Origin: an uncultured Chloroflexia bacterium
Lineage (GTDB): Bacteria > Chloroflexota > Anaerolineae > Anaerolineales > Anaerolineaceae
Direction of reading: 5' to 3'
DNA length: 64,000 bases
Assembly (NCBI GenBank): GCA_963818305.1
Contig: CAWFRQ010000003.1
Span: 162,371-226,370 of the forward strand
The translations under genes were made by a program, and so were the position numbers. Under the pieces are notes generated by a model, which worked only from the letters and a program-made list of their open reading frames with translations, was not told the DNA's origin and did not search any database. Positions 1 to 11,019 of this stretch are shown piece by piece. Position 1 is the first letter of the stretch. Every line of letters starts with the position of its first letter.

Positions 1-1060
1 GGCGGGATCGGCGCCACTGGCACGCTGGCTGCCAACCGATTGGCAAAGCGAAGCGGACCTGGTGATTGGGATCGGTACCCGCTATTCCGATTTCACGACG
101 GCCTCGAAAACCGCATTCCAAAATCCGAATGTGAAATTCATCAATATCAATGTGGGTGAATTTGATGCTTTCAAGCATCACGCCCTGCCGGTGGTGGGGG
201 ATGCCAAAGTCACCCTGGAAGAATTGGGCAAACTGCTTGCAGGGTTACTCAGTGTGATTCTGCATATCGCAAACGTGCGCTTGAACTGCATCATGACTGG
301 GAAGCGAAGTGGATCGGATCTACGCCATTCGAAACACAGCCGCTTACCCAGCCAGGGCGAATTGATCGGATTGTTGAATGAGCTGTCCGCGCCAGATGCG
401 ATCATGGTGAATGCGGCTGGAAGTATGCCGGGAGATCTACATAAACTCTGGCGGACCAGACATCCCAAGAACTTCCACATGGAATATGGCAACTCATGCA
501 TGGGTTATGAGATTGCCGGCGGCTTGGGAGTGAAGATGGCAGCCCCAGAGCGGGATGTGTATGTGATCGTTGGCGATGGCAGCTATCTGATGCTTTCATC
601 AGACCTGGCGACTTCGGTACAGGAAGGCTTCAAACTGATCGTGATCTTGTGGGATAACAGCGGATACAAGAGCATTGGCTCCCTGAGCCGGTCTTTCGGA
701 CAGAATGGGTTTGGAACCCGATATGTGCACCCCAAGGATGGAGTCCTGCCAGACGACCAGGCAGGGGATGCTGTTGAAGTACTGTACAGATCGATTTCGC
801 CGCCAATGCCCGCAGTTTGGGCGCTGAGGTGATCGAATGCGTGACCGGCTGAGGACTACGCCAATGCCATTCAGGCAGCCCAGAAGACCACAAAATCAAC
901 CATGATCTACATTCGGAACGATCGGTACGTGAATGTTCCGGGCTATGAGAGCTGGTGGGATGTGCCGGTAGCGGAAGTCAGTGAAATGCCAACCGTTCAG
1001 GCAGCGCGAAAAGACTGGCTCAAGAAACGAGCTCAAGAAAAGTACTATTCTATAAACCTC
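1..1060 (+). CDS. iolD: 3D-(3,5/4)-trihydroxycyclohexane-1,2-dione acylhydrolase (IolD, ThDP enzyme); 5' partial, frameshifted as assembled
   Basis: ORF 62..832 carries the ThDP-enzyme core ([42 protein letters not shown]). The IolD-type C-terminus ([29 protein letters not shown]) lies in ORF 902... Keeping the homology needs frame switches near ~250, ~340, ~790 and ~860. The 3' boundary is uncertain because the frame runs on into the next gene. Confidence 0.85.
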
Positions 1061-1077
1061 AGAGCCGGATCGACCTT

Positions 1078-2649
1078 GTTGAAGGAGTCGTCCATTGAGC
1101 GAATCGACAACGAAACTGGAAACCACGAAAATACTGATCTGCTGCGGCTGGTTGGGATCTGCAAGAGCTTTCCGGGTGTGCGTGCGCTGGATAACGTTCA
1201 CCTGGAAGTCCGGCGGGGTGAAGTGCATGCGCTGCTAGGCGAAAATGGGGCGGGAAAATCCACCTTGATGAAGATCCTGTCAGGGGCGTACGCCAGGGAT
1301 AAAGGCGATATTCTCTGGGAAGGCCAGAAGGTGGAAATTCGCGAGCCAAAAGATGCAGAAAAGCTTGGAATTGGCATCATCTACCAGGAATTCAATCTGG
1401 TGCCGCAGCTTAGCATTGCTGAAAACGTCTGGCTTGGGACGCGAGCATTTCAAGAATAAAGCGCTGCGGTTGATCGACTGGAAAGAGATGTACCGGCGAA
1501 CAAACGAGTTGCTGGAAGAAGTCCATCTCAACCTGGACCCGTCCAGACCTATTCTGGGTTTGGGGATAGCGCACCAGCAGATGGTCGAGATTGCCAAAGC
1601 GTTGTCTTTGAATGCGCAACTCCTCATCATGGATGAACCGACCAGCGCGCTGACCGGAACTGAGATTGACCAACTGTATGCGGTGATCCGCAAGCTGAGA
1701 GATCCAGGGAAATCGGTAATTTTTATCTCACATCATCTGGATGAAGTGTTCGAGATCTGCGATCGTGGAACCGTATTGCGGGATGGGGAATACATCAGCA
1801 CGGTCGATCTGAAAAACACCACCAACGATCAACTGATCAACTTGATGGTTGGGCGGTCTTTAGACCAGCAGTATCCCAAAGTGATTTCCAAACGGGGGAG
1901 AGAAGCGCTGCGGGTTGAAGGAATTTGCCAGGAAGGCGTACTGAAGGATATCAGCTTCAAAGCCTACACCGGAGAAATTCTAGGAATTGCCGGCCTGGTT
2001 GGGGCAGGCAGAACCGAATTGGTGCGCGCAATCTTCGGGGCTGATAAAGTAGATGCCGGGCATGTATTTATCAATGACGTAGAAGTGAAATTAGATTCTC
2101 CTCAATCGACAATCTTTGGCGGGGATGGGATTATTACCCGAAGATCGTAAGTATCAGGGTCTGGTCCTCAAATTATCGGTATTGCACAATATCAGCATGG
2201 CCAGCCTGGATAAGATCAAGAAAAATGGCCTGCTTCGACTGAAGATGGAAAAAATCCGCACCCAAGATTTCATTAACAAACTGCGGATCAGTACACCGTC
2301 CGTAGACCAGGAGGTACAGAACCTGAGCGGCGGCAACCAGCAGAAGGTGGTTTTGGCAAAATGGTTGGCGAGTGAATCGAAGGTATTAATCTTTGATGAA
2401 CCGACCCGGGGAATCGATGTAGGCGCCAAAGTGGAAGTATATAACCTGATGAACACCCTGGTTGAAAATGGAGCCGCAGTCATCATGGTCTCATCGGAGA
2501 TGCCCGAATTATTGGGCATGAGCGATCGGATTATGGTGATTTATAAAGGTACGGTAGCGGGTGAGTTTGCCCGGGATGAAGCCACGCAAGAAAAAATTCT
2601 GGCAGCCATGATGGGAGTGGAAAGCTATGGCACAAATGACAATGAATGA
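1078..2649 (+). CDS. Sugar ABC transporter ATP-binding protein with two NBDs (RbsA/MglA-like, CUT2); frameshifted as assembled
   Basis: Walker [10 protein letters not shown] and [10 protein letters not shown] (first NBD), second Walker [10 protein letters not shown], signature LSGGNQQK and [13 protein letters not shown]. The gene is spread over ORFs 902..1459, 1353..2150 and 2116..2649, with shifts near ~1440 and ~2130 and possibly ~1130. AAGGAG at ~1082 suggests a start at about 1078-1097. Confidence 0.9.
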
Positions 2650-3679
2650 CGCTGCGAAAGCACCTAAGAAAATCTTTGGCATGACCTTGGGAAGCTTTCT
2701 GGGCCGGTTTGGTGCGCTCTTTGGACTGATCCTTTTAACCATTTTCCTATCGGTCACATCGGATGTCTTCATGACTGGTTCGAACCTGACAAACATCGCC
2801 CGGCAGGCGACCGTGAACGCTTTCCTGGCGATCGGATTACTGGTGGCGATTATCACAGGTGGGATCGATCTATCAGTAGGTTCCATTCTGGCGGTTGCCA
2901 TGTGCTCGATGGCGATTTTAGCTGTCAAGATGGGCGTCAATCCATACCTTTCCATGCTCGTCTGCCTGGGGGTAGGTGTATTTATCGGTTGGATCAACGG
3001 GATATTATTGACCAAGCTACATTTGCCACATCCGTTTATCGCTACGCTGGGTACGATGAATATTGCGCGTGGTCTGGCATTGATCATGACCGGCGCGTCA
3101 CCGATTTCAGGCTTTGACCGGGCTGGTGCACCGCAAATCCTCTACTTGGGAGCCGGATCAGTCGGACCGATTCCGGTGGCATTGGTCGCAGTGGTTGTGG
3201 TTTACATCATCTTCCACATCATACTTACCGAACACATCGCTGGGACGCCATATCTACGCAGTGGGTGGGAATACCGCGGCAGCCAGGTTATCAGGGATCA
3301 ATGTGGATAAAACCCTGGTGATTGTGTATAGCCTGAGTGGACTTATGGCTGGTTTGGCGGCGTTGATGCTCGCCGGGCGTACCAATTCTGGCTTCCCCAA
3401 TGCTGGTGCCGGCTATGAACTGGACGCGATCGCGGCGGTCATCATCGGGGGGCAAGCTTTTCGGGTGGTTCGGGTACAATTGGCGGCACGGCAATCGGAG
3501 TATTGCTGATTGCTGTCTTGCGCAACGGTCTGGTATTACTGAACGTACCGACCGAATGGCAGACGGTTGCGATCGGGCTAGTCATTATCGGAGCAGTAAC
3601 GGTTGATGTTTTTCGACAGCGGGCTGCACCGGTAAGGTATCGGGTACAATCAAACAGGAGGTGTAAAGACAACAAGTGA
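2627..3679 (+). CDS. Sugar ABC transporter permease (RbsC/AraH-like); frameshifted as assembled
   Basis: Polytopic hydrophobic sequence with [32 protein letters not shown] and [14 protein letters not shown]. The pieces lie in ORF 2627..3310, ORF 3114..3509 and an unlisted frame ending at the TGA at 3677-3679. Confidence 0.85.
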
Positions 3680-3745
3680 AGTAATAGCTCGTGAAATCAG
3701 AAGTCAGTATATTGCACTACTTTACATGAACAACTGGAGGAGATT

Positions 3746-5608
3746 ATGTTAAAGAAACTGAGCATCGTGATGTCTGTACTGGTGGTTATGGGTATGACAT
3801 TAAGCGCCTGCACTCCGGCTCCGACTGCAGCACCTGTGGAACCCGCTGCACCCGGCAAGAACCGCGCCGCTGCTGATGGCAAGATCCAGGTAGCGGTGGT
3901 TGTGAAATCAGTCACCAGTGACTACTGGAAACTGGTAGGCGCGGGCGTCGAAGACGCCATGAAGGCCGACCCGAACATCGAAGCGACATTCACTGGTCCG
4001 AACGAAGAAACCGATATCGAAGGCCAGATCCGCATGATCGAAGCCCAAATCTCGGCCAAAGTGGACGCAATCGCGGTGGCGCCGAGCCAGGCAGATCAAT
4101 TGCAGCCAACCCTGCAGAAGGCAGTGGATGCGGGTATTCCGGTCATTCTTGATCGACACGAACATCGCTACCTTCGATGCCAAGAGCGCATTCGTAGGCA
4201 CCGACAACAAGTCTGGGCGGTACAATGGCTGGTGAATTCATTGCCGGAAAACTGCACCGCCGGTGACGAAGTAGCCATCATTCGCGGTGCCGCTGGCGAT
4301 CCGGTGCACAATCTGCGTGAAGAAGGCGCTACGCGAAGCGCTGGAAACAGCCGGGATGAAGGTTGTCGCAGTACAACCCGCGGACAGCGACCGTGCCAAA
4401 GGCCAAGTCTGTTGCTGAGAACCTGCTGACCGCCAACCCGAACCTGAAAGCCATCTACTGCACCAATGATGAAATGGCTTAGGTGCGTTGAACGCTGCTA
4501 AAGCAGCTGGCAAGACCCTCGTAATCGTTGGCTTTGATGCCTCACCGAACGCTCTGGATTCAATTGAAGCCGGTGAACTCTCCGGTTCAGTTGCCCAGTT
4601 CCCCGCCAAGATTGGTGAATTGGGAACCTTGACCGCCGCGGCCGTTGCCCGTGGTGAAAAAGTGGAATGCCTTCGTCAACACGGGTGTCGATGTTGTTTC
4701 TCAAGAAAACATCACAACCTACAAACCAGGTGCGAAACCCGTAGCTCCAGTTGCTGAAAAGAAACTGAAGATCGCTGTGGTTGTCAAATCAGTTACCAGT
4801 GATTACTGGAAAATCGTTGGCGTCGGTGTGGAAGATGCTATGAAGGCTGATCCCAACATCGAAGCCACTTTCACCGGTCCAAACGAAGAGACCGATATCG
4901 AAGGCCAGATCCGAATGATCGAAGCCCAGATCTCCGCCAAAGTGGATGCCATCGCGGTGGCACCCAGCCAGGCAGATCAATTGCAGCCGACCCTGCAAAA
5001 AGCAGTCGACGCTGGCATTCCTGTGGTTTTGATTGACACCAACATTGCCGCCTTCGATGCCAAGAGCGCATTCGTGGGTACTGACAACCGCCTGGGTGGT
5101 ACCATGGCTGGTGAATTCATCGCCGCCAAGTTAGTTGCCGGTGATGAAGTTGCCATTATCCGCGGTGCTGCTGGCGATCCAGTCCACAACCTGCGTGAAG
5201 AAGGCGCCAAGGAAGCTTTGGAAAAAGCTGGCATGAAGGTAGTTGCCAATCCAACCCGCCGATTCAGACCGTGCCAAAGGCCAGACTGTTGCCGAGAACC
5301 TGCTTACTGCCAACCCCAACCTGAAAGCAATCTATGCCACCAATGACGAAATGGCATTGGGCGCATTGAATGCCGCCAAGGCTGCTGGCAAAACTCTCGT
5401 GATCGTTGGCTTTGATGCCTCCCCCAACGCGCTGGATTCCATCGCACTGGGTGAATTGACCGGTTCCATTGCCCAGTTCCCCACCAAGATCGGTGAATTG
5501 GGAACCCTCACCGCCGCAGCCGTTGCTCGTGGCGAAACCGTGGAAGCTTTCGTCAACACTGGTGTTGATGTAGTCTCCATCGAAAATATCGCTGAATTCA
5601 AGAAATAA
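3746..5608 (+). CDS. Sugar-binding periplasmic lipoprotein (RbsB-like, PBP type I) made of two tandem near-identical binding modules in one reading frame; frameshifted as assembled
   Basis: Signal peptide plus lipobox (MGMTLSAC). Module 1 spans ~3884-4700 and module 2 ~4765-5608, both starting (I/L)xVAVVVKSVTSDYWK. They are joined by ENITTYKPGAKPVAPVAEKK with no stop in the reconstructed frame. Module 1 has several indels and module 2 has one (near 5250, gccaatcc). Confidence 0.8.
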
Positions 5609-5621
5609 ACAGATTTGATCT

Positions 5622-5654
5622 GGAGGGGTGCTTTGAAAGTTGAAGCACCCCTCC
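5622..5654 (+). terminator. Perfect 12-bp stem-loop after the binding-protein gene (possible terminator or mRNA stabiliser)
   Basis: GGAGGGGTGCTT-tgaaagttg-AAGCACCCCTCC lies 14 nt after the stop at 5608. It is followed by an A-run rather than a T-run, so it is not a canonical intrinsic terminator. Confidence 0.35.
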
Positions 5655-5800
5655 AAAAACAAACCGAATGCACACGTGAACATAATCAAGAGAGAAAGTA
5701 CAAGTTACCCGCAATCATTCATTATTCTTCATCTTTTGGCATCATTCACTCTCGTTGATCGATCACATTGCATGCAGGTTAATTGAGAAAGGAAGCAAAA

Positions 5801-6890
5801 ATGTCAGAAAAGAAATATAAATCTCCACTACACCAGACGGTTTCTACCACCAAAACAGATTATTGGAATGATTCCTGTTCTATGGAAGAACTGGCGTATG
5901 CAATTGAAAATGGCGCAGTTGGTGCGACCACCAATCCCGACCATTGTCCTGGGTGTGCTAAAAAAAGAAATGAGCCTCTGGAAAGATCGAATTTACCAGA
6001 TCATCGACCAGAATCCGACCTGGACCGAAGATCAGGTTGCCTGGAAATTAATCGAAGAGATGGCGGTGAAAGGCGCGGAGTTGCTCAAACCAGTCTTTGA
6101 CCGCGAAAAAGGATTAAAGGGCCGAATTTCTATTCAGACCAATCCTACTTTTTACCGCAATGCCGATGCGATCGTTGAACAAACGCTGCACTTCCATACC
6201 CTTGCTCCCAATATGCAAGTCAAGATTCCGGTGACTGCTGCCGGTATCAAAGCGATTGAAGAGGTTTCGTACCATGGGGTTAACATCAACGCCACGGTTT
6301 GTTTCTGTGTTCCCCAGGCAATCGCGGTGGCCGAAGCAGTGGAGCGTGGATTCAAGCGGCGCGAAGCAGAAGGAAAATCGGTCGATCAGATTCGATCCGT
6401 TTGTACCATTATGATCGGACGGATGGATGATTGGATTCACTTACTTGAAAAACGCGACAAAGTATTACTCACCCCTGGCTATGGTGACTGGGCTGGTATA
6501 GCCTGTTTAAAGAAAGCATATCCCATCTTCGAAGCACGGAAGTATCGCACCCGTTTATTAGGTGCAGCTTACCGGCATCATATGCACTGGACTGAACTAA
6601 TCGGCGGGGACGTAGTATTAACCATTCCTTACGATTGGCAGGTCAAATTCAATAATTCAGATTATGAAGTCAAGGAACGCTTCGATCAGCCAGTTCCTCA
6701 GGAAATTATTGACACGCTCTACAGAAAATTCCCAGATTTCAGAAGGGGCTATGATGAGGATGGGCTTAAGGTCTCTGAATTTGATCAGTTCGGTCCAACC
6801 GCAAGAACATTGCGCTCTTTCATCGCATCGTATCACGAGTTATTGGCGGTGATCCGAGATTTCATGCTGCCAAATCCAGACGTAAAGTAA
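5801..6890 (+). CDS. tal: Transaldolase-family protein; one frameshift near ~5930
   Basis: MSEKKYKSPLHQTVSTTKTDYWNDSCSMEELAYAIENGAVGATTNP (ORF 5783..) continues as TIVLGVLKKE...ISIQTNP...VKIPVT...NINATVCF (ORF 5868..6890). This is the transaldolase TIM-barrel pattern, with the Schiff-base Lys in the KIP motif. Confidence 0.8.
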
Positions 6891-6928
6891 CCAGCAAATC
6901 AAACCATTCTAACTTCTGAGGTGAAGAT

Positions 6929-7829
6929 ATGATGAAAATAGCCAATGCTCCTTGTTCCTGGGGTGCCCTCGAATTCGACCTTTCAGGTGAAGCACCCGGG
7001 TATGTACAGGTATTAAATGAAATTGCAGAAACCGGTTACGCGGGCACCGAATTAGGCGATTGGGGATTTATGCCAACCGAACCAGACAAGCTCGCTCAAG
7101 AAATCCATAGCCGGAACCTGAAATTGCTTGGTGCTTTTGTTCCAGTTGCACTGAAGAAACCGGAAGCACATCAGGCAGGGATTGAAGTAGCAGTGAAGAC
7201 AGCCCGTCTGATGGCTGCTGTGGAAGGCGATTTGCCTTTCATCGTCTTGGCAGATGAAAATGGCTCAATTTCCCGAACGGACACAAAATGCCGGTCGAGT
7301 TCGCCCCGAGATGGGACTTTCAGCAGCCGAATGGCAAATCTTTGCTGAAGGCGCGATGAAAGTTGCCCAGGCTGTCAAAAAGGAAACTGGTCTACGGACA
7401 GCTTTCCATCATCATTGCGCGGGTTATGTAGAAACCCCGGATGAAATTGATACTCTGATGGGCCTCACTGATCCATCGTTATTAGGGCTCGTTTTCGATT
7501 GTGGTCACTACGCATTTGGCGGCGGAGATCCACTGGAAGGTTTGAAAAAACTTGGTAAACGGGTGTGGCACTTCCACTTTAAAGATCATCATCCAGAAGT
7601 TCACGCTCGTGTGGAAAAAGAAAAACTGGATTACTTCCAGGCAGTGAGTGCAGGCGTTTTCTGTGAACTTGGGAAAGGTAATGTTGATTTTCCAGCGCTA
7701 ATGGCAGTATTGAAAGAGATTGGATTTGATGGCTGGGGTGTCGTTGAGCAGGATGTTCTGCCTGGAATGGGTCATCCCAAAGAATCCGCCCGCCGAAACC
7801 GGGAATACATCCGGTCATTAGGTGTCTAG
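6929..7829 (+). CDS. iolE: Inosose (2-keto-myo-inositol) dehydratase-like xylose-isomerase-fold TIM barrel; frameshift near ~7260-7330
   Basis: [13 protein letters not shown]-terminus, then [36 protein letters not shown] and GWGVVEQD. This follows the IolE motif order as I recall it from Bacillus IolE. The gene is split between ORFs 6929..7348 and 7254..7829. Confidence 0.75.
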
Positions 7830-7913
7830 CCAGAATTGACGAACAATAACTTCCATTCAACCTTGGAAGCCGACTAATTTAACAGACAGCATCTATCAAA
7901 GGAAGGTACCCTT

Positions 7914-8945
7914 ATGGAGAATAAACCAACAGATCAACCAGTGAGAGTAGGTGTCGTAGGGACCGGTGGCATGGGAACTCGTCACGCGGTTAATTTGCAT
8001 CGTTATGTAGGCGGCGCCAAGGTGAGTGGTGTTTATGATTTGGACTCGGATCGGGCGCAGCAAGCTGCGGAACAGAGCGGACATCCGCGTGTATTCACCG
8101 ATCCGATCCAACTGATTGAAGATCCACAAATTGATGCTGTTCTGATCGCTTCACCGGATGATACCCATGCCCGCTTTACACTGGCATGTCTTAAGGCAGG
8201 TAAACCTGTCCTCTGTGAAAAACCGCTGGCTACCAGCGTCGAAGATGCCATCAAAGTATTGGATGCTGAAGTGTCCATCGGGAAGAAACTAATCTCGGTT
8301 GGGTTCATGCGACGCTTTGACCCGCAACATGCTGCCGTTAAAGCCGCCGCAGTTTCTGGTGATCTGGGCAAGCCATTGCTTTGGAAAGGCGTCCACCGCA
8401 ATGCTTCAGTTGCGTTTGGCATTACAGGCGCAACCATCCTCACCAATTCGGCGGGACACGATTATGATTCAGCCAGATTCCTTCTGGGTGAAGAAGTGGA
8501 AGATGTGTACGTACGTGGATTGAAGTCTCGCCCCGAGCTGCACCCGGATACCAAGGATATGCTCTTAATTGAGCTATTTATGAGCAACAATACGATGGGA
8601 ACGGCCGAAGTGTATGTGAATGATGACTACGGCTACGAAGTTTCCGCCGAGTTGGTCTGCCAAAAAGGGACTGCGGTAACTCAGCAGCCCGATAAAGCGA
8701 TGCTGCGGGCAAAATCACACCGTGGATTCTATGTATCGGCTGATTGGTTGTCCCCATTCCAGGATGCCTATGTGGCTGAAGCAATTGATTGGATCGAATC
8801 ACTCCAAACTGGCAAGCCGTTCAGCGGCGCTTGTGCCTGGGATGGTTACGTGACCATGATGGTAACCGCAGCCTGCATCCAAAGCCTGCAAAACGTTGCA
8901 GTGACGCCTGTTCGTTTACTTGAGAAACCTGCTCTCTATCGCTAA
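7914..8945 (+). CDS. iolG: Gfo/Idh/MocA-family NAD(P)-dependent oxidoreductase, likely inositol 2-dehydrogenase
   Basis: Rossmann N-terminus VGVVGTGGMGTRHA and the family motif CEKPLA...GFMRRFDP. It sits between iolE and TIM-barrel genes in an iol cluster. The family call is firm; the substrate is inferred from context. Confidence 0.75.
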   Translation: MENKPTDQPVRVGVVGTGGMGTRHAVNLHRYVGGAKVSGVYDLDSDRAQQAAEQSGHPRVFTDPIQLIEDPQIDAVLIASPDDTHARFTLACLKAGKPVLCEKPLATSVEDAIKVLDAEVSIGKKLISVGFMRRFDPQHAAVKAAAVSGDLGKPLLWKGVHRNASVAFGITGATILTNSAGHDYDSARFLLGEEVEDVYVRGLKSRPELHPDTKDMLLIELFMSNNTMGTAEVYVNDDYGYEVSAELVCQKGTAVTQQPDKAMLRAKSHRGFYVSADWLSPFQDAYVAEAIDWIESLQTGKPFSGACAWDGYVTMMVTAACIQSLQNVAVTPVRLLEKPALYR

Positions 8946-8947
8946 CA

Positions 8948-9950
8948 ATGGAGACGCATCCGATTACGCTCTTCAGCGGTCAATGGGCCGATCTACCTTT
9001 TTTGACCCTAGCAGATAGGGTCAAGTCATGGGGATACGATGGGTTGGAATTAGCCTGCGATGGTGATCACTTTAATGTGGAACAGGCATTAACCAAGTCA
9101 GAATACCTCCAGAATAAACGCGCCGAATTGGAGAAACGCGGTTTACAGTGCTTTGCTATTAATGTGTCGCTGGTGGGGCAGTGCGTGGCTGATAAGTATA
9201 TTGATGAACGCCACCAACGGGTGATCCCGGCCAAAATATGGGGGGATGGGAAACCGGAAGGGGTCCGCACCCGGGCAGCCGAATTTGTGAAAGACGCCGC
9301 TCGGGCAGCTGCCGCATTTGGTATCCAGAAAGTGATCGGTTTTACCGGCTCGCCCATCTGGCACCTGTTGTATTCGTTCCCACCGAATGACTGGAATGTG
9401 ATTGAAGCCGGGTATCAAGAAGTGGTAGACCGCTGGAATCCAATTCTGGATGTGTTTGATGAAGTGGGGGTGAAATTCTGCCTGGAAGTACACCCCACTG
9501 AGATCGCGTATGATATCGTGACCACCCAAAAAATCATGGAGGGTTTCAAGCATCGACCAGCGTTCGGGATCAATTTTGATCCCAGCCACCTCCATCATCA
9601 ATTTGTCGATCCAGTCATGTTCCTGGAAACCTTTGCCGACCGAATTTATCACGTCCACGTCAAGGAGAGTATCAGGCATCTCGATGGTCGCACCAGTATA
9701 TTGGGTTCGCATCTTAATTTTGGTGATCCGCGCCGTGGTTGGGATTTTGTATCTGCCGGACATGGTGGATTGAACTGGGATGAAATTTTCCGCACCTTGA
9801 ATCGGATCGGATATGATGGCCCGCTCTCAGTGGAATGGGAAGATAACGGGATGGAACGGGAATATGGCGCCAGAGGAGGCCCTGGCGTTGGTCAAACGCT
9901 ATAATTTCCCAAGCAGTAACCGGGCGTTTGATTCGGCATTTTCGAAGTGA
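8948..9950 (+). CDS. Sugar phosphate isomerase/epimerase (xylose isomerase-like TIM barrel); C-terminal frameshift near ~9870
   Basis: FCLEVHPTEIAYD, INFDPSHL and VHVKE are metal-ligand style motifs of the AP-endonuclease-2/xylose-isomerase fold. After EWEDNGMEREYGA the homologous tail (..EALALVKRYNFPSSNRAFDSAFSK) is in another frame, ending at the TGA at 9948-9950. Confidence 0.75.
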
Positions 9951-9969
9951 GTCCGGGAGCGGAATAGAT

Positions 9970-10797
9970 TTGAATTTTGCTGTCTGTCTGGATCCGCTTT
10001 TTCCTGACCTTCCGCACGATGAGAAGGTGGGTTTGGTTGCACAGGCTGGTTTCCACTCTATCGATTTCTGGGGTTGGAGAGATAAAGACATCCCGGCATT
10101 GGCAGCAGCCTGCCACATTAACCAGGTGAAGATAGTGAACTTCAACGGTCACCGCCAGGGTAGTATGGTCGCCAGTCAAACGCACCCATTGTTGATTCGG
10201 GATCTAGTGGATACAGTTCCAATTGCCAGACAGTTGGAATGTCCCAACCTGATGGTGATCACCAATCAACTTAATCCGGATGACTCAGCCCAGCCTTACC
10301 TGGAGATTCCAGATCATCAGAAGCGGGAGAACGTTATCAGCGCGCTGCGGCAGATGCTGACGGTGACTCCATTGGATATGACTTTGATGTTGGAACCGCT
10401 CAATACCCGTAAAGATCACCCTGGCTACTGGCTGACTGATTTTGGTACTGCGCTGGAGATTCTACGGGAAATCAACGACCCGAGATTGCGGTTACTATGC
10501 GACCTGTATCACATGGGGATGATGGGCAATGATCTGTTTCAATTGATAGACACATATCTGCCATACGTCGGTTACTTCCATGCTGCCGATTTTCCCGGAA
10601 GGCATGAACCCGGTACCGGGTCCGCGGATTGGCTAGGCTTGTTGCGCCGTTTAAACGCGGCGGGGTATCAAGGAACCCTGAGTTTTGAGTTCTACCCGCA
10701 AGGAGATACGCTGAGTGCATTAGAATCGGATTACAGATCTGATTGCGAGAATTTGATGGTAGGGGCGGGTTTCAAACCCGCGCATACGCCAAAATAG
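9970..10797 (+). CDS. Hydroxypyruvate-isomerase-like TIM-barrel protein
   Basis: NFAVCLDPLF..., GFHSIDFW, LMLEPLN, DLYHM and FHAADFPGRHEPGTG match the Hyi/AP-endo-2 fold pattern. The start is placed at the in-frame TTG at 9970. The last ~14 codons read into a GC hairpin (10765-10781), so the true stop may be ~10756 in another frame. Confidence 0.6.
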   Translation: MNFAVCLDPLFPDLPHDEKVGLVAQAGFHSIDFWGWRDKDIPALAAACHINQVKIVNFNGHRQGSMVASQTHPLLIRDLVDTVPIARQLECPNLMVITNQLNPDDSAQPYLEIPDHQKRENVISALRQMLTVTPLDMTLMLEPLNTRKDHPGYWLTDFGTALEILREINDPRLRLLCDLYHMGMMGNDLFQLIDTYLPYVGYFHAADFPGRHEPGTGSADWLGLLRRLNAAGYQGTLSFEFYPQGDTLSALESDYRSDCENLMVGAGFKPAHTPK

Positions 10798-10838
10798 ATA
10801 ACAACTGGCACATTGTCCCAAATAGTCAAACACACCGC

Positions 10839-10866
10839 TTGACACATTCTTTTTTCAATGTAAAAT
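10839..10866 (+). promoter_or_regulatory. Sigma-70-type promoter for the aromatic amino-acid operon
   Basis: TTGACA (10839-10844), a 16-nt spacer, then TAAAAT (10861-10866). It lies ~25 nt upstream of the leader ORF. Confidence 0.5.
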
Positions 10867-10890
10867 CATTTGAACTGGATCTAATAACCA

Positions 10891-10962
10891 ATGAAAAACA
10901 CTTTCCGCTTTTCCTTTTATTTTTATTATTACGGAGCCAAATCCCCGGCTGCCGGCCTTTAG
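10891..10962 (+). CDS. Candidate leader peptide MKNTFRFSFYFYYYGAKSPAAGL (23 aa) of the shikimate operon
   Basis: ATG at 10891 and TAG at 10960-10962. Eight of the ten codons 5-14 are Phe or Tyr. The ORF sits between the promoter and a terminator hairpin, directly upstream of aroH. It is too short for the ORF track. No clear Shine-Dalgarno is seen. Confidence 0.55.
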   Translation: MKNTFRFSFYFYYYGAKSPAAGL

Positions 10963-10993
10963 GTTTAAGCGAAAGAAGTATCTAAGCTCACAA

Positions 10994-11019
10994 CCCGATG
11001 CCCGCAGCATCGGGTTTTT
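10994..11019 (+). terminator. Intrinsic terminator (attenuator) between the leader ORF and aroH
   Basis: CCCGATGC-ccgca-GCATCGGG followed by TTTTT, 19 nt before the aroH start at 11038. Confidence 0.65.

Noticed and set aside
10757-10797. C-terminal tail ...MVGAGFKPAHTPK of the Hyi-like gene as real coding sequence
   Set aside because: These codons translate a GC hairpin (GCGGGTTT-C-AAACCCGC). Such hairpins commonly create artificial ORF extensions, so the true stop is probably earlier or in another frame.
10743-10985. 80-aa ORF spanning the aro operon leader region
   Set aside because: It starts inside the previous gene's tail, crosses the promoter and reads the leader in a different frame (LFLLFLLL from the T-rich tract). 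The short F/Y-rich ORF in the proper context explains the region better.
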